Shown here one piece after another: positions 40,176 through 50,035 of a DNA stretch of 64,000 nucleotides. The notes beneath the pieces were generated by a model that worked only from the letters and a program-made list of their open reading frames with translations, did no database searches and was not told where the DNA came from. Positions within the stretch are counted from its first letter, which is position 1. Each line of letters opens with the position of its first letter. A program made the translations under genes and the position numbers. The DNA is from Candidatus Sumerlaeaceae bacterium (lineage in GTDB: Bacteria; Sumerlaeota; Sumerlaeia; Sumerlaeales; Sumerlaeaceae), in NCBI GenBank assembly GCA_049968255.1, contig JBMFRB010000003.1:224998-288997 (forward strand), in the 5' to 3' direction.

Positions 40176-43154
40176 ATGAAGCTCCAAAGTGCACATTGTC
40201 ACGTGTTTACATTCGCCGTGCATCTTGGTCGGGCTACTGTTGTGAGGATCGGGTTGGCTACTCAACCGATGTGTGTTGTGATGGGAAGCGTCGTGAGTTT
40301 GCTGAGCGTCGCGCTTTGTGCTGCGCCTGTGCAAACATCTTATTTGTGGCATCTGCACCAACCCATCTATTGGCCTGATCAACGTTCCTACGGCACGGAC
40401 CATTACGAGGTGGCGTGGGACTCGATCCAGCAGCAAGATGGTGGACGTCCTCACCCCGCCGAAAATCTTCGCTCAATTTTCGGATTGGACGATCGTATCG
40501 CGGCGTACCAATACCGTCCTCGCGACAGTGTCCAGACCATCCTGGGGTTACCCGACGCGGGTGCCCAGGTCAATTATTCAGGAGCTCTCATCGAGAATGT
40601 CAATTCCTTGAGTGGCAACCTTGCCGGTTACTATTCGGGATGGCAAAACAGTTTCATCCAGGCGCACGGCTGGACCACCAGTGGCGGGAAGCCGCGTATG
40701 GACATTGTCAACTTTACTCATCATCATGCGCTGGCTCCGCTGCATACCACCCGTACGATCGAAATGGAGATTCGGTTGCATCAGTACATCGTGCAGCAGC
40801 GCTTCGGCATCAGCCCGTCGAAAGGGTTCTTCCCCACCGAAATGGCATTTAGCGAGCGGCTCATCCCTGTCCTGAAGTCGCTTGGCATTGATTGGACTGT
40901 CGTGTCGGGTAACCATTTATCTCGAGCATGCTCGGATTTCCCGCTCGTGCTTGGGAGCGGCGGCGAGAACTGCGAGCCACCTAACCTGGCCGACGTGCTC
41001 AACCCCTCGCAGGGCAATTACTTCCGCGCCACGATTGACCGTGGCTGCGCGCCCGCCAACGCTGTGCCCTTCGCCTACACGCCGCACCGGGCCCAATACG
41101 TAAATCCTTATACGGGCCAGGTAGATTCGATCATTGTTGTGCCCAGCGCGATGGAGTACAGCTGGTGGGATGGCTACCGCAATCTCGGCGCCAACGAGCT
41201 CTCGCCCATCGCGACGCTCAACAACCCCTCGCGGCCGATCCTTTTGCTCATGGCTCACGATGGCGACAACGCTTACGGCGGCGGCTATAGCTACTACATG
41301 GAAAGCGTGCAAAATTTTTGCAACGGTGCGGCAGCACTGGGCTACAACCCCACAACCGTCGAGCAATATCTGGCGCAATTCCCTGTGCCCACGAACGACA
41401 TCGTACACGTTGAGGATGGCGCCTGGGTCAATGCCGACAGCGATTTCGGTTCGCCCACATTCATCAACTGGAATTATCCCCTGCTGAATGTGTCTGGCCA
41501 GCCCGACCCGGTCAACGGTTGGCATGAAAAAGCGCGTGAATATGCGATCTACATCGCGACGGAAAATCGCCTCCGAACTGCAGAAGCAGTGCTGGGTCAG
41601 CCTGTGCGCATTCAGGAAGTGCTCAACCCTTCGGCTGGCGCGACAAACGTCGAGCGAGCATGGCATTACTATCTTGGTTCGCTCGACAGCGGCCAAGTCT
41701 ACTATGGCACACCGGGCGACGTTGAGGTACGCGCGACGATCGCCTGCAATCAGGCCGTGCAACGTGCCGACACAGTGCTGGCGGGACAATTCAACGACAC
41801 CGTCGGCCCAACCATCTGGATTCCGCAGCGCTGGCCCTACAACCCAGGCGCTGTGAACTTTGGCGTGGAAACAGGCTATCAGCAAAAAGTTCTAGGGCCG
41901 GATTTCACGGTGTGGACATTCGTCTACGACGTGAGTGGTCTGGCTTCCGTCACGTTGAAATGGCGGGTGGACAATGACGGCCAGAACCCGCTTTCTACGA
42001 CCGAGAACGAAACGTATGCGGGCGGCCCAGGTGTTGGAGCCTGGCAATCGTTGCTGATGAACGGACGCCTCTTTCCCGCCAACAACGTGTACAACAAGCC
42101 GGGAATCGATTACTACGTCTTGCCGCAGTACATTGCGTATCACTACAGCGCGACGATCACTGGTCAGACGAACAAGCTTATTGATTACTACGTCGAGGCT
42201 GTGGATACGCACGGCAACGTCGAGCGCTCGCCGATCATGCACGTCTGGGTAGGCGACCAAAGCGGCGGTAGCAGCGGCACGGGAAACCGCGTGACCCTCT
42301 CGCCCGCCACTCCCACTGCTGGCCAGCCGGTTGGCGTTTCGTACAATCCCGTGGGCGGCCCCCTTCAGGGCGCGACAACCGTGCTCATGCACTGGGGCAT
42401 CAACAACTGGGGCACTGTGCAGCCCGATGTCGCCATGACGTGGAATAGCGGCTCGCAGCACTGGGAGACCACGGTGACCCTGCCCGCCACCGCTACGCAA
42501 CTCGATATGGTCTTCCACAACGGCGCGGGGACGTGGGACAACAATAGCGGTCAGGATTGGCATTTTCCCGTCCAGGCTGGAACCCCACCTCTGTGGACGA
42601 TTGACGGCGTGGCGGAGAGCGACTCCCTGGTGCGCGCTCAAACACCAGGCGGACTCAAGCTCTGGATTGAGCGCGACGGAAACATGCTTTACGTGGCAAC
42701 GCAGGGTGCTGGCAGCGGCCGAGATCATTTTATTTTCATCACGCGTTCGCTCACAACCACCCGCCCGGCGCCATGGGGCAAAGCTGGCACCTGTGTGGCC
42801 TGGGATGCTATGCTTGCCAACGAAGCGGACAACAATTGGAGTGGCTGGTTCGATAAAAATGAGGCGCAAACGCTCGGCGGCTTCACTCAGGGGGCTTCGG
42901 GCGGCCCAGGTGGTGTGCTCGAAGGCACCGTAGACCTTGCTCAGCTCTATCCCAACACTGGCGGGATGATTGCCACAGCTGATGTGCCTAGCCCTATTTA
43001 TGTGGCAGCGGCTGAATACGGAACGAACAACGGCAGTGCGCTCGTAGCCACGACCCAGGTGCCCGCAACGACCAACGGCGATGGCAACCTTGACGCAACG
43101 GAATTCTTCGCCTATGGCCCCGCAGCCGGCGTCGCCGATTGGACGCTTTACTAA
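40176..43154 (+). CDS. Secreted GH57-like glycoside hydrolase with a CBM25-like starch-binding module; true start probably downstream of 40176
   Basis: Signal-like SVVSLLSVALCA|AP; WHLHQP, GFFPTEMAF (nucleophile Glu), AHDGDN (acid/base Asp); CBM at ~42290-42575 (MHWGINNW..FHNGAGTWDNNSGQDWHF); ends GVADWTLY. Confidence 0.8.
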   Translation: MKLQSAHCHVFTFAVHLGRATVVRIGLATQPMCVVMGSVVSLLSVALCAAPVQTSYLWHLHQPIYWPDQRSYGTDHYEVAWDSIQQQDGGRPHPAENLRSIFGLDDRIAAYQYRPRDSVQTILGLPDAGAQVNYSGALIENVNSLSGNLAGYYSGWQNSFIQAHGWTTSGGKPRMDIVNFTHHHALAPLHTTRTIEMEIRLHQYIVQQRFGISPSKGFFPTEMAFSERLIPVLKSLGIDWTVVSGNHLSRACSDFPLVLGSGGENCEPPNLADVLNPSQGNYFRATIDRGCAPANAVPFAYTPHRAQYVNPYTGQVDSIIVVPSAMEYSWWDGYRNLGANELSPIATLNNPSRPILLLMAHDGDNAYGGGYSYYMESVQNFCNGAAALGYNPTTVEQYLAQFPVPTNDIVHVEDGAWVNADSDFGSPTFINWNYPLLNVSGQPDPVNGWHEKAREYAIYIATENRLRTAEAVLGQPVRIQEVLNPSAGATNVERAWHYYLGSLDSGQVYYGTPGDVEVRATIACNQAVQRADTVLAGQFNDTVGPTIWIPQRWPYNPGAVNFGVETGYQQKVLGPDFTVWTFVYDVSGLASVTLKWRVDNDGQNPLSTTENETYAGGPGVGAWQSLLMNGRLFPANNVYNKPGIDYYVLPQYIAYHYSATITGQTNKLIDYYVEAVDTHGNVERSPIMHVWVGDQSGGSSGTGNRVTLSPATPTAGQPVGVSYNPVGGPLQGATTVLMHWGINNWGTVQPDVAMTWNSGSQHWETTVTLPATATQLDMVFHNGAGTWDNNSGQDWHFPVQAGTPPLWTIDGVAESDSLVRAQTPGGLKLWIERDGNMLYVATQGAGSGRDHFIFITRSLTTTRPAPWGKAGTCVAWDAMLANEADNNWSGWFDKNEAQTLGGFTQGASGGPGGVLEGTVDLAQLYPNTGGMIATADVPSPIYVAAAEYGTNNGSALVATTQVPATTNGDGNLDATEFFAYGPAAGVADWTLY

Positions 43155-43166
43155 GCAAGTCCGGTC

Positions 43167-44651
43167 TCAGCGAAGTGCCGAACCGTCAACGTGCACGCGC
43201 GCAGCTTGGCGCCTGGCGCGCTCGAGAATCGCTCGAACTTTGGCATCGGCCCCCCGCACCGCCGCCTCAGGCGCTGCTTGCCCCAGCAGCGCCCGCTGGA
43301 TTTCCTGCTGGAGCACTTTGTCGATGCGTTCGCCTCCGAGCACAAGCGGAGACATGATGCCTGCAGGAAATAGCGCGAAAACAGGGCCAAGCATGGGATG
43401 GTCGGCCCAGGGGTTGCCGGTGCTCTTGCGCGAAGGATAGACGTTTTCAAAGCGCAGAACACGCTGGCCCTCGCCGCTAACGAGGAATTTGACAAATTCC
43501 GCGCACAGGCGTCGCTTTTCTGGATCTCGCTGGCGGAACACCACATACGTGCCAAGCCCCGACGAACCCAGCACCGGGGTGGTCCCTGGATCATGCGGAG
43601 GGGCTGCGATGGCGTAGCGAATAGGATTCTCGAGTTCATCAAGACGGCCGGCTGCACGTTTGCGCTCGTTCGTACGTTCGATAGCGGCGTTAGCGACTTC
43701 CACGGCCGTAATGCACCACGCTCCCTGAAATGTCACGGCACAGGTGCGGCTGTCGCGCCAAATGTTCCAACTTTGTTCCTGAGTCATAGCGCCGATCTTC
43801 GGCTGCGCCACTTTGTACTCGCGCTCGAGCGCAATGAGTCGCCGCACTCCCTCCAAAAATGCTGGCGAACCTACGCCCGAGACCACATCGCCCTGCGCGT
43901 TGCGTTCGAGGATGCGGCCACCTGCGTTGAAGATGATCGAATAGGCTTCGTACTCCATCGGGCCAAGATTTGTCACAACGCCATAGTACTGCTTGCAGCG
44001 CCCAGCCAGCTCAGCCGGCGCCAGACCATCGTGTATTTGCCCATCGGGTGTCTCATATTTGGTAAGGGCGCGCATCTTCTGGACAAATTCTGCCCACGTC
44101 CAGCGGCCGTTGCGTGGAGGTTCCACACCAAATTTTTCGAAAAGGTCCAGATTGAGCAACGCCACGTAGCACGCCTTGTACCAGGGGACGGCGTAGATGT
44201 GACCCCCGTAAGAGACGGCTTCGATGTACTCTTCGTGAAAATCCGCAAGCTCATCCTGCAGAAACGCTTCCAGAGGTTCTAGCACTTCCTGCGCGATGAA
44301 ACGGCTCGACACATTCACTTGCCCGCACACGTCGGGAGGTCGGCCGCTATTGACCGCGAGTATGACTTTCTGCTGGCCGTCTTGCCATGGCAATTTCGTG
44401 TAGCGCACCCGCACGCCCTGGTGCGAAGCCTCGAATCGCTGGATTGCTTGCCTCAGGTATTCGTTTGTCTTCGGCAGGTGAGGGAAGTCCCAGAACTCTA
44501 TAAGATAAGTGCCAGGGGCTTCCGCGCGGCCGCGTGCCTCCGGACCGCTGCAGCTGCTCAACACTAAACAAGCGACCGCCGCGACGAATGCTAGCCAAAG
44601 AGCTAAGGTTGCTGTGCAGCGTGAACCACCGGGGGTGGCGCCAAAACTCAT
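43167..44651 (-). CDS. Carbohydrate ABC transporter extracellular solute-binding lipoprotein
   Basis: Lipobox LVLSSC; IEFWDF, SGRPPDV, LEPLE, IYAVPW, NLDLFEKFGVEPP..WTWAEF, FQGAW, FVKFLVS; ATG at 44651. Confidence 0.85.
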   Translation of the reverse strand: MSFGATPGGSRCTATLALWLAFVAAVACLVLSSCSGPEARGRAEAPGTYLIEFWDFPHLPKTNEYLRQAIQRFEASHQGVRVRYTKLPWQDGQQKVILAVNSGRPPDVCGQVNVSSRFIAQEVLEPLEAFLQDELADFHEEYIEAVSYGGHIYAVPWYKACYVALLNLDLFEKFGVEPPRNGRWTWAEFVQKMRALTKYETPDGQIHDGLAPAELAGRCKQYYGVVTNLGPMEYEAYSIIFNAGGRILERNAQGDVVSGVGSPAFLEGVRRLIALEREYKVAQPKIGAMTQEQSWNIWRDSRTCAVTFQGAWCITAVEVANAAIERTNERKRAAGRLDELENPIRYAIAAPPHDPGTTPVLGSSGLGTYVVFRQRDPEKRRLCAEFVKFLVSGEGQRVLRFENVYPSRKSTGNPWADHPMLGPVFALFPAGIMSPLVLGGERIDKVLQQEIQRALLGQAAPEAAVRGADAKVRAILERARRQAARVHVDGSALR

Positions 44652-44773
44652 CCTTCGACCCTCTCGCCGCGGATTCGCCGCGAAAAGTTTTGCCTTGTCA
44701 AAAGAAAGCGCATCAGAATTGCCTTGCTGAGACAAGAGTCGCGGCAAAGGAATTCTCGCCGGGATGAGATGGC

Positions 44774-47440
44774 ATGAGTGGGCGCGGGCGATCCTGGGTC
44801 TTGGGCGAAGGAACGTGGCTGGTGCTGATTGCACTTGCGTACGTCCTTGTCGGCGTGTTGCTTTTTGGCCGCGCGCTGGGGCCATGGTCGTACCTGCTCT
44901 ATGGACGGGACACCGTCTCTCACGATTATATCATGCTGCTCTACGGGTGGCAGGAGACTCTGGGGCGGCACTTCCTTCCGCTGTGGTGTCCGTACCTTTT
45001 TGGGGGGGTCCCTCTCATTGGCTCTTTTGCCTTTTGCCCCTTTTATCCCTCGCAATGGCTGTACGCCATTGTGCCGTTCAACACAGCCTTCACGCTGCAA
45101 TATCTACTGGCCATCGCTCTCGGGGGAGTCACCAGTGCGCTGTGGGCACGGCATCTTGGGTGCTCCCGCCTGGGGGCGATGTGTGCTGGCCTACTGTTCT
45201 GCGTTTCAGGCCATTTTCTCACGCTTGTGCACGCCGGTCACCTGCAGAAAGTCATGGCCATTGCGTGGGCGCCGCTCGCCCTCGCCATGGCGCCGAAGCT
45301 TTGCGAGCGTGGTAGCCGTGCGTTGCGTGCCATGCTGGTCGTCGCCGTGGCGTTGGCGATGCAGCTTTTTGCAAGCCACACGCAGATTGCTTATGCGACT
45401 GCGTCGGCAGTGCTTGGTTTCGCCATAGCTTCTTTCCGTGGCCAGCGCTGGAGCCATCCCCTGGTGCTAGTGCGGAATTTTGCCGGGGCTATAGCGCTCA
45501 GTGCGGTCCTCAGTGCTGCGCAATTTTTCCCCGGCATGGAAACCGCGGCACTCTCTAATCGTGCCGACGGAGTGAGCTTTGCCGAGGCGGTCGAGACAAG
45601 CTACCCACCCCGTGAATTGTGGGAATTCGTGATACCTCGTGTTTTCGGCGACAGCGTGTCGGGTAGTCCGGTCCCTTATTTCGGCTCTTGGGGTGAGCGC
45701 ATTGTTAGTGATTTTATCGGTGTTTCAGCCGTGCTTTTGGCGCTCATTGGTCTCTTTGCCGGAAAGGGGCCCTCGCGGAGGATGCTGGCGATCACTACCG
45801 TCATCTCTCTGCTTATTGGACTCGGCCGATACACGCCGATCTATCGCTTTCTTTACGAACATCTGCCTGGCTTCTCGCGATTTCGCTCTCCCGGCACCTT
45901 TATGTTTCTTGCCTCGGTGTGCCTTGTGCAGCTTGCCGCGCTCGGTCTTGAAGTCCTCTGGCGGGGGATTGATGGCGATCCGCTTCGCTTTCCACGCACC
46001 AGAGTGCTCGTTGTCGTGGGGTTTGGGGGCCTGCTCGGCCTGCTCATGACGGCGGCCCCAGCTGCGATTGGCCCCTTGCTTGGCATCGGGACGGCGGAGC
46101 AATGGGCAAAGTTTGGGTCGGTTCTCGGGCAAAACATTCGCGCAGCCGGCATGCAGTTTGTGGCCTCGGCCGCGCTCATTGCGGTCACGGCGATGGCGGT
46201 GCTGGCCTGGGAAAGCTCTCCAGGGGGCCAGCGCTCCCAAGGACGATATCTTTTTTCCAAATTAGCATTTATTGCATTAGTTCTGATGACTGTCCTTGTT
46301 CCCGCGCTTGCAAACCGGTACTTTATTCGATTTGCGCCGTTCGACGACTATCTCTTGTATTTGAGCTCCGAGAAGTCATGTGCGTCGAAATGGACTGACG
46401 AGCCAGCGCCGAGGGATATCGTGTGGCTTGCCAAATTATGCTTCGCGCCTCGGGCGCGCTCTTGGACTTCAGTGCCGAAGCGCATCATGGGGCCCAATCT
46501 TCTCGACAATCGGCCGCTTTTGTCGCGGACGGGGTCCCCCGCGGGTTATCACCCGGTGTTTCTCAAACGTTACGCCGATCTTGTTCAATCGCTTGGCTGG
46601 TATCATCCTCAATTGCTGCGCCAGTACGCCGTACATGAAGTGGCCGCGGATGCGTCGCTGTCGCTCCCGGCCTCAGAATGGGAACAAACGGGATCGAGGG
46701 ATCGCTCTCGGCAATGTTGGCAGCAACGTTTTCCCAAGTATCTGAGCGTCTGTCGACGCTTGGTCGTGTGTGCGACCTCTCAAGAAGTGATGAAAGTTCT
46801 GGCAGCCGATCCACATGCGACCCCGCCACAACGTCCTTTTGTCACTTTGCGATGGGCATCGGAGTTCACCACGAACGGCGTTGACAGTCCACTCGACCAA
46901 TGCGAATGGGCGGTGGTCGAGGCCTCCCGTCTTTGGCGGGCCGGACTACCTGTCTTTTGGATGGCCAACAGTGAGGATTGGTTCATTTGGTTTCCACGAG
47001 CCTATGCCAGGCTGATGAGGGACCAAGTGGAGCTCCGTGCTAGTTGTCCCCAGGGAATTTCACGTGTGCGTCCGTTGGTGACGTTCGACGATTACAGGCC
47101 TGGAGCGATGAAGGTGACACTTTTCTATCACGACCAAGGCATAATTCTTCTTGCCGAGAACTATTGTCCCGGCTGGAAAGTCGCTTCCAAAGGCAGAAAA
47201 CAAGTTACGGTGCTGCCAGTGAATCACGCGCAGCTGGGTATTCTCTTCCGACCTTCGCCTGGTGATTCTCCTCTGTGTTTATTGGAACTCACCTACGCCC
47301 CCTTCAGTTGGCGCCTAGGGCTATTTCTCTCTTTGGTCGCCTGGGCTACGCTTTTCGCTTACGTCCTGGCGCACTTCATGCAAAAAACACGATTTCATGA
47401 TGCATGCAAACACTGGACAATGCCCGCTCTTCACTTTTAG
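44774..47440 (+). CDS. YfhO-family polytopic membrane protein (putative GT-C glycosyltransferase)
   Basis: LPLWCPYLFGGVP..FYP, LPGFSRFRSP, LLAENYCPGWKV, ELTYAPFSWRLGL, terminal TM helix. Confidence 0.8.
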   Translation: MSGRGRSWVLGEGTWLVLIALAYVLVGVLLFGRALGPWSYLLYGRDTVSHDYIMLLYGWQETLGRHFLPLWCPYLFGGVPLIGSFAFCPFYPSQWLYAIVPFNTAFTLQYLLAIALGGVTSALWARHLGCSRLGAMCAGLLFCVSGHFLTLVHAGHLQKVMAIAWAPLALAMAPKLCERGSRALRAMLVVAVALAMQLFASHTQIAYATASAVLGFAIASFRGQRWSHPLVLVRNFAGAIALSAVLSAAQFFPGMETAALSNRADGVSFAEAVETSYPPRELWEFVIPRVFGDSVSGSPVPYFGSWGERIVSDFIGVSAVLLALIGLFAGKGPSRRMLAITTVISLLIGLGRYTPIYRFLYEHLPGFSRFRSPGTFMFLASVCLVQLAALGLEVLWRGIDGDPLRFPRTRVLVVVGFGGLLGLLMTAAPAAIGPLLGIGTAEQWAKFGSVLGQNIRAAGMQFVASAALIAVTAMAVLAWESSPGGQRSQGRYLFSKLAFIALVLMTVLVPALANRYFIRFAPFDDYLLYLSSEKSCASKWTDEPAPRDIVWLAKLCFAPRARSWTSVPKRIMGPNLLDNRPLLSRTGSPAGYHPVFLKRYADLVQSLGWYHPQLLRQYAVHEVAADASLSLPASEWEQTGSRDRSRQCWQQRFPKYLSVCRRLVVCATSQEVMKVLAADPHATPPQRPFVTLRWASEFTTNGVDSPLDQCEWAVVEASRLWRAGLPVFWMANSEDWFIWFPRAYARLMRDQVELRASCPQGISRVRPLVTFDDYRPGAMKVTLFYHDQGIILLAENYCPGWKVASKGRKQVTVLPVNHAQLGILFRPSPGDSPLCLLELTYAPFSWRLGLFLSLVAWATLFAYVLAHFMQKTRFHDACKHWTMPALHF

Positions 47441-47492
47441 AAATACTCCGTGTCCCGGCACGATCAAAAATGAAAGCTGAGCAAGACCTGAG

Positions 47493-48599
47493 ATGCCAAC
47501 GCTTCCGCTACACGAGCGCATAGCGTGCAATCATCCGCTGGCGCACCACACCACGATTGGAGTCGGCGGGCCGGCGCGCTATTTTCTACCGGCCAGCAGC
47601 GTCGAGGACCTTCGCTACGCCCTGAGGTGGGCTGCAGAGCGCAACCTGCCCGTCTTCGTTCTTGGTGGCGGGAGCAATGTGGTTATTGCCGATACGGGAT
47701 TTCCGGGACTCGTCGTTCAGCTCGCCACGCGCGGTTGGCAGATGGAAGCCCGCGATCGCCAAGCAATTATTTTGCGTGTTGCTGCAGGCGAGCGCTGGGA
47801 CTACGTCGTTGAACACGCTGTGACCGAGGGGTGGGCCGGCATCGAGTGCCTTGCGGGCATTCCCGGCCACGTAGGAGCCACGCCCATTCAGAATGTCGGT
47901 GCTTATGGCCAACAGGTTTCCGAGACCATCGTCGAGGTCAAAGCCATCGAGTTGGCAACGGGTCAAATGGTGACGTTTTCTGCGGCAGACTGTGCTTTCG
48001 GCTATCGCACGAGTCGTTTCAAGACGGTGGATGCTGGCCGCTACGTCGTGGTCGAGGTGGCTTACCGGCTTTTGCGCGATGCGATCCCGACGGTGCGCTA
48101 TGCCGAATTAGCCGCATATCTCGACGAGCAAAACATTCGCAACCCCACGCTTGCCCAGGTGAGAGGTGCAGTTCGTGCCATCCGTGCCCGCAAATCCATG
48201 CTGGCCGATCCGAATGATCCCAATGCGCGCAGCTGTGGATCGTTTTTTGTCAATCCCGTGGTGTCGCGCTCGCAGTTCGAGGAATTGGTCGCAACGGCGC
48301 GTCGAAAAGCCATGGTCGGACCCAACGACTTGCCCCCACACTACGCCAGTGGCGATGAGGTCAAGCTTTCGGCGGCCTGGCTCATTGAGCAAGCTGGCTT
48401 GCGTCGAGGCACACGGCTGGGCACTGCTGCACTGTCGCAAAAACATGCGCTGGCGATCGTGAACCTCGGCGGAGCCAAAGCCCGCGACATCATCGTCCTG
48501 GCCAAACTTGTCCGCACTCAGGTCTTCGACCGCTTTGGTATTCTCCTGCAGCCAGAGCCGGTCTTTGTGGGTTTTGAATCTGATCCTTTGGCGGACTAG
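47493..48599 (+). CDS. murB: UDP-N-acetylmuramate dehydrogenase
   Basis: TTIGVGGPA, LGGGSN, GIPGHVGATPIQNVGAYG, FGYRTSRFK, SCGSFFVNP, SQKHALAIVN, LQPEP. Confidence 0.95.
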   Translation: MPTLPLHERIACNHPLAHHTTIGVGGPARYFLPASSVEDLRYALRWAAERNLPVFVLGGGSNVVIADTGFPGLVVQLATRGWQMEARDRQAIILRVAAGERWDYVVEHAVTEGWAGIECLAGIPGHVGATPIQNVGAYGQQVSETIVEVKAIELATGQMVTFSAADCAFGYRTSRFKTVDAGRYVVVEVAYRLLRDAIPTVRYAELAAYLDEQNIRNPTLAQVRGAVRAIRARKSMLADPNDPNARSCGSFFVNPVVSRSQFEELVATARRKAMVGPNDLPPHYASGDEVKLSAAWLIEQAGLRRGTRLGTAALSQKHALAIVNLGGAKARDIIVLAKLVRTQVFDRFGILLQPEPVFVGFESDPLAD

Positions 48600-49582
48600 G
48601 ACTGGCCGCCGGTTTGCGCCTGTTGTTGCTCTTGTTGCAGCTCGATGTATTTACCCATGACCCGAAATTTGCGGTAGCGTAGCTCGAGCAATTCGTTCAC
48701 CGGATAGGGGCGCAACATGGCGAGATTTTTCTCCAGGGCCTCGCCAACGTTCTTGAAAGTCGCTTGCGGATCGCGGTGCGCCCCACCCAGAGGTTCGGGA
48801 ATAATTTCGTCCACGACCTCAAGGGCAATGAGGTCTTTGGCCGTAAGCTTGAGTTGTTCGGCCGCGCGTTCTGCCATGCCGCGGTCCTTCCAAAGGATGG
48901 CTGCGCAGCCTTCGGGCGAGATCACGCAGTACCAGGAATTCTCCAACATGAGGATGCGGTCGCCCACGCCCACACCGAGCGCGCCCCCACTGGCGCCCTC
49001 ACCGATGACAATGCACACAATTGGCACTTGCAGTGTGAACATATCGCGGATGTTGCGCGCGATCGCCTCCGCTTGGCCTCGCTCTTCCGCGCCGATGCCA
49101 GGGAAAGCTCCCGGCGTGTCAATGAAGACGACGATGGGCAGGCCGAACTTGTCGGCAAGGCGCATGGCACGCATAGCCTTGCGATAGCCCTCGGGGTGCA
49201 TCATTCCCCAATTGCGCATGAGGTTTTCTTTCGTGTCGCGGCCTTTTTGCTGGCAAATGACGCAGAGGCGCTCGCCGCGGAAGCGCGCGAATCCGGTCAC
49301 GACAGCCTTGTCGTCGGCGAAAGCACGATCGCCGTGGATCTCCACAAAGTCGGTCATCAGGGCCTGGACAAAATCCAATGCGTGCGGTCGGTCCATGTGG
49401 CGTGCTAGCAGAACGCGCTGCCATGGCGTAAGGTTCTCGAAGATCTCGCGCTGTTTGCGTTCGAGCTCCTCGCGCAGGGCACGAATTGCCTCTTCATCGC
49501 GCGGCTCCTGCTTTTCTCGTTCGAGAAGCTGATTTTCCAACTCGATGATCGGCTTCTCAAAATCGAAGGCAGTGATTGCCAT
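48596..49582 (-). CDS. accA: Acetyl-CoA carboxylase carboxyltransferase alpha subunit
   Basis: DFEKPI, LTPWQRV..ARH, HGDRAFADD, PEGYRKA, IDTPGA.PG..AEERGQ, GEGASGGAL, ISPEGCAAILW. Confidence 0.96.
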   Translation of the reverse strand: MAITAFDFEKPIIELENQLLEREKQEPRDEEAIRALREELERKQREIFENLTPWQRVLLARHMDRPHALDFVQALMTDFVEIHGDRAFADDKAVVTGFARFRGERLCVICQQKGRDTKENLMRNWGMMHPEGYRKAMRAMRLADKFGLPIVVFIDTPGAFPGIGAEERGQAEAIARNIRDMFTLQVPIVCIVIGEGASGGALGVGVGDRILMLENSWYCVISPEGCAAILWKDRGMAERAAEQLKLTAKDLIALEVVDEIIPEPLGGAHRDPQATFKNVGEALEKNLAMLRPYPVNELLELRYRKFRVMGKYIELQQEQQQAQTGGQS

Positions 49583-49797
49583 GATCAGTCGTCGACTCCT
49601 CAATAACTCATTACGTAGCTTGCTTCCGGCGCGCATGGTTCACCGGAGCAGCACAGCGCATTTTTCGCCTCTTCACTCTGCTAAATAAAACATGTAGCAA
49701 AGAAGCAACCAGCTGCGGTGCCAAAATTCAAGCAAACATATAGACCAATTCAGCTTCCATTCATCGGCACCTTCAGAAAAGCCACGTCCCAACCAGC

Positions 49798-49831
49798 TGC
49801 GCAAAAAGTGACATCGGGTGCGCAAAAAGTG
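49798..49831. repeat. Perfect 13-bp direct repeat TGCGCAAAAAGTG x2 (21-bp period); candidate activator binding sites
   Basis: Copies at 49798-49810 and 49819-49831 in the accA/gltB divergent intergenic region. Confidence 0.6.
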
Positions 49832-49958
49832 CCGGTCACTGGTGAATTCTGAAAAGTTCCTGAGCGAAGAAAGTGCCAGTGATAAAAAATGAGAGTAGTA
49901 CTCAAGCTTTTGCGGTGTTTAGATCGCTCCAAGTTGCATGAAGAAGACCCGCCTGCTG

Positions 49959-49974
49959 TGGTTTAAGTTTTGCA
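49959..49974 (+). promoter_or_regulatory. Candidate sigma-54 (-24/-12) promoter for gltB
   Basis: TGGTTTAAGTTTTGCA: GG at 49960-61, exactly 10 nt, GC at 49972-73 within TTGCA; about 60 nt upstream of the gltB ATG. Confidence 0.45.
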
Positions 49975-50035
49975 CACACTAACGCCAGCCTACCGATGAG
50001 GTGGCTGGTATTTGCTCATACACAAATGAGGGACG

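Noticed and set aside
40917-42869. 322-aa and 325-aa minus-strand ORFs
   Set aside because: Antisense shadows of the GH57-like gene.
50002-50016. Second sigma-54-like element TGGCTGGTATTTGCT before gltB
   Set aside because: GG-to-GC spacing is 9 nt rather than the required 10.
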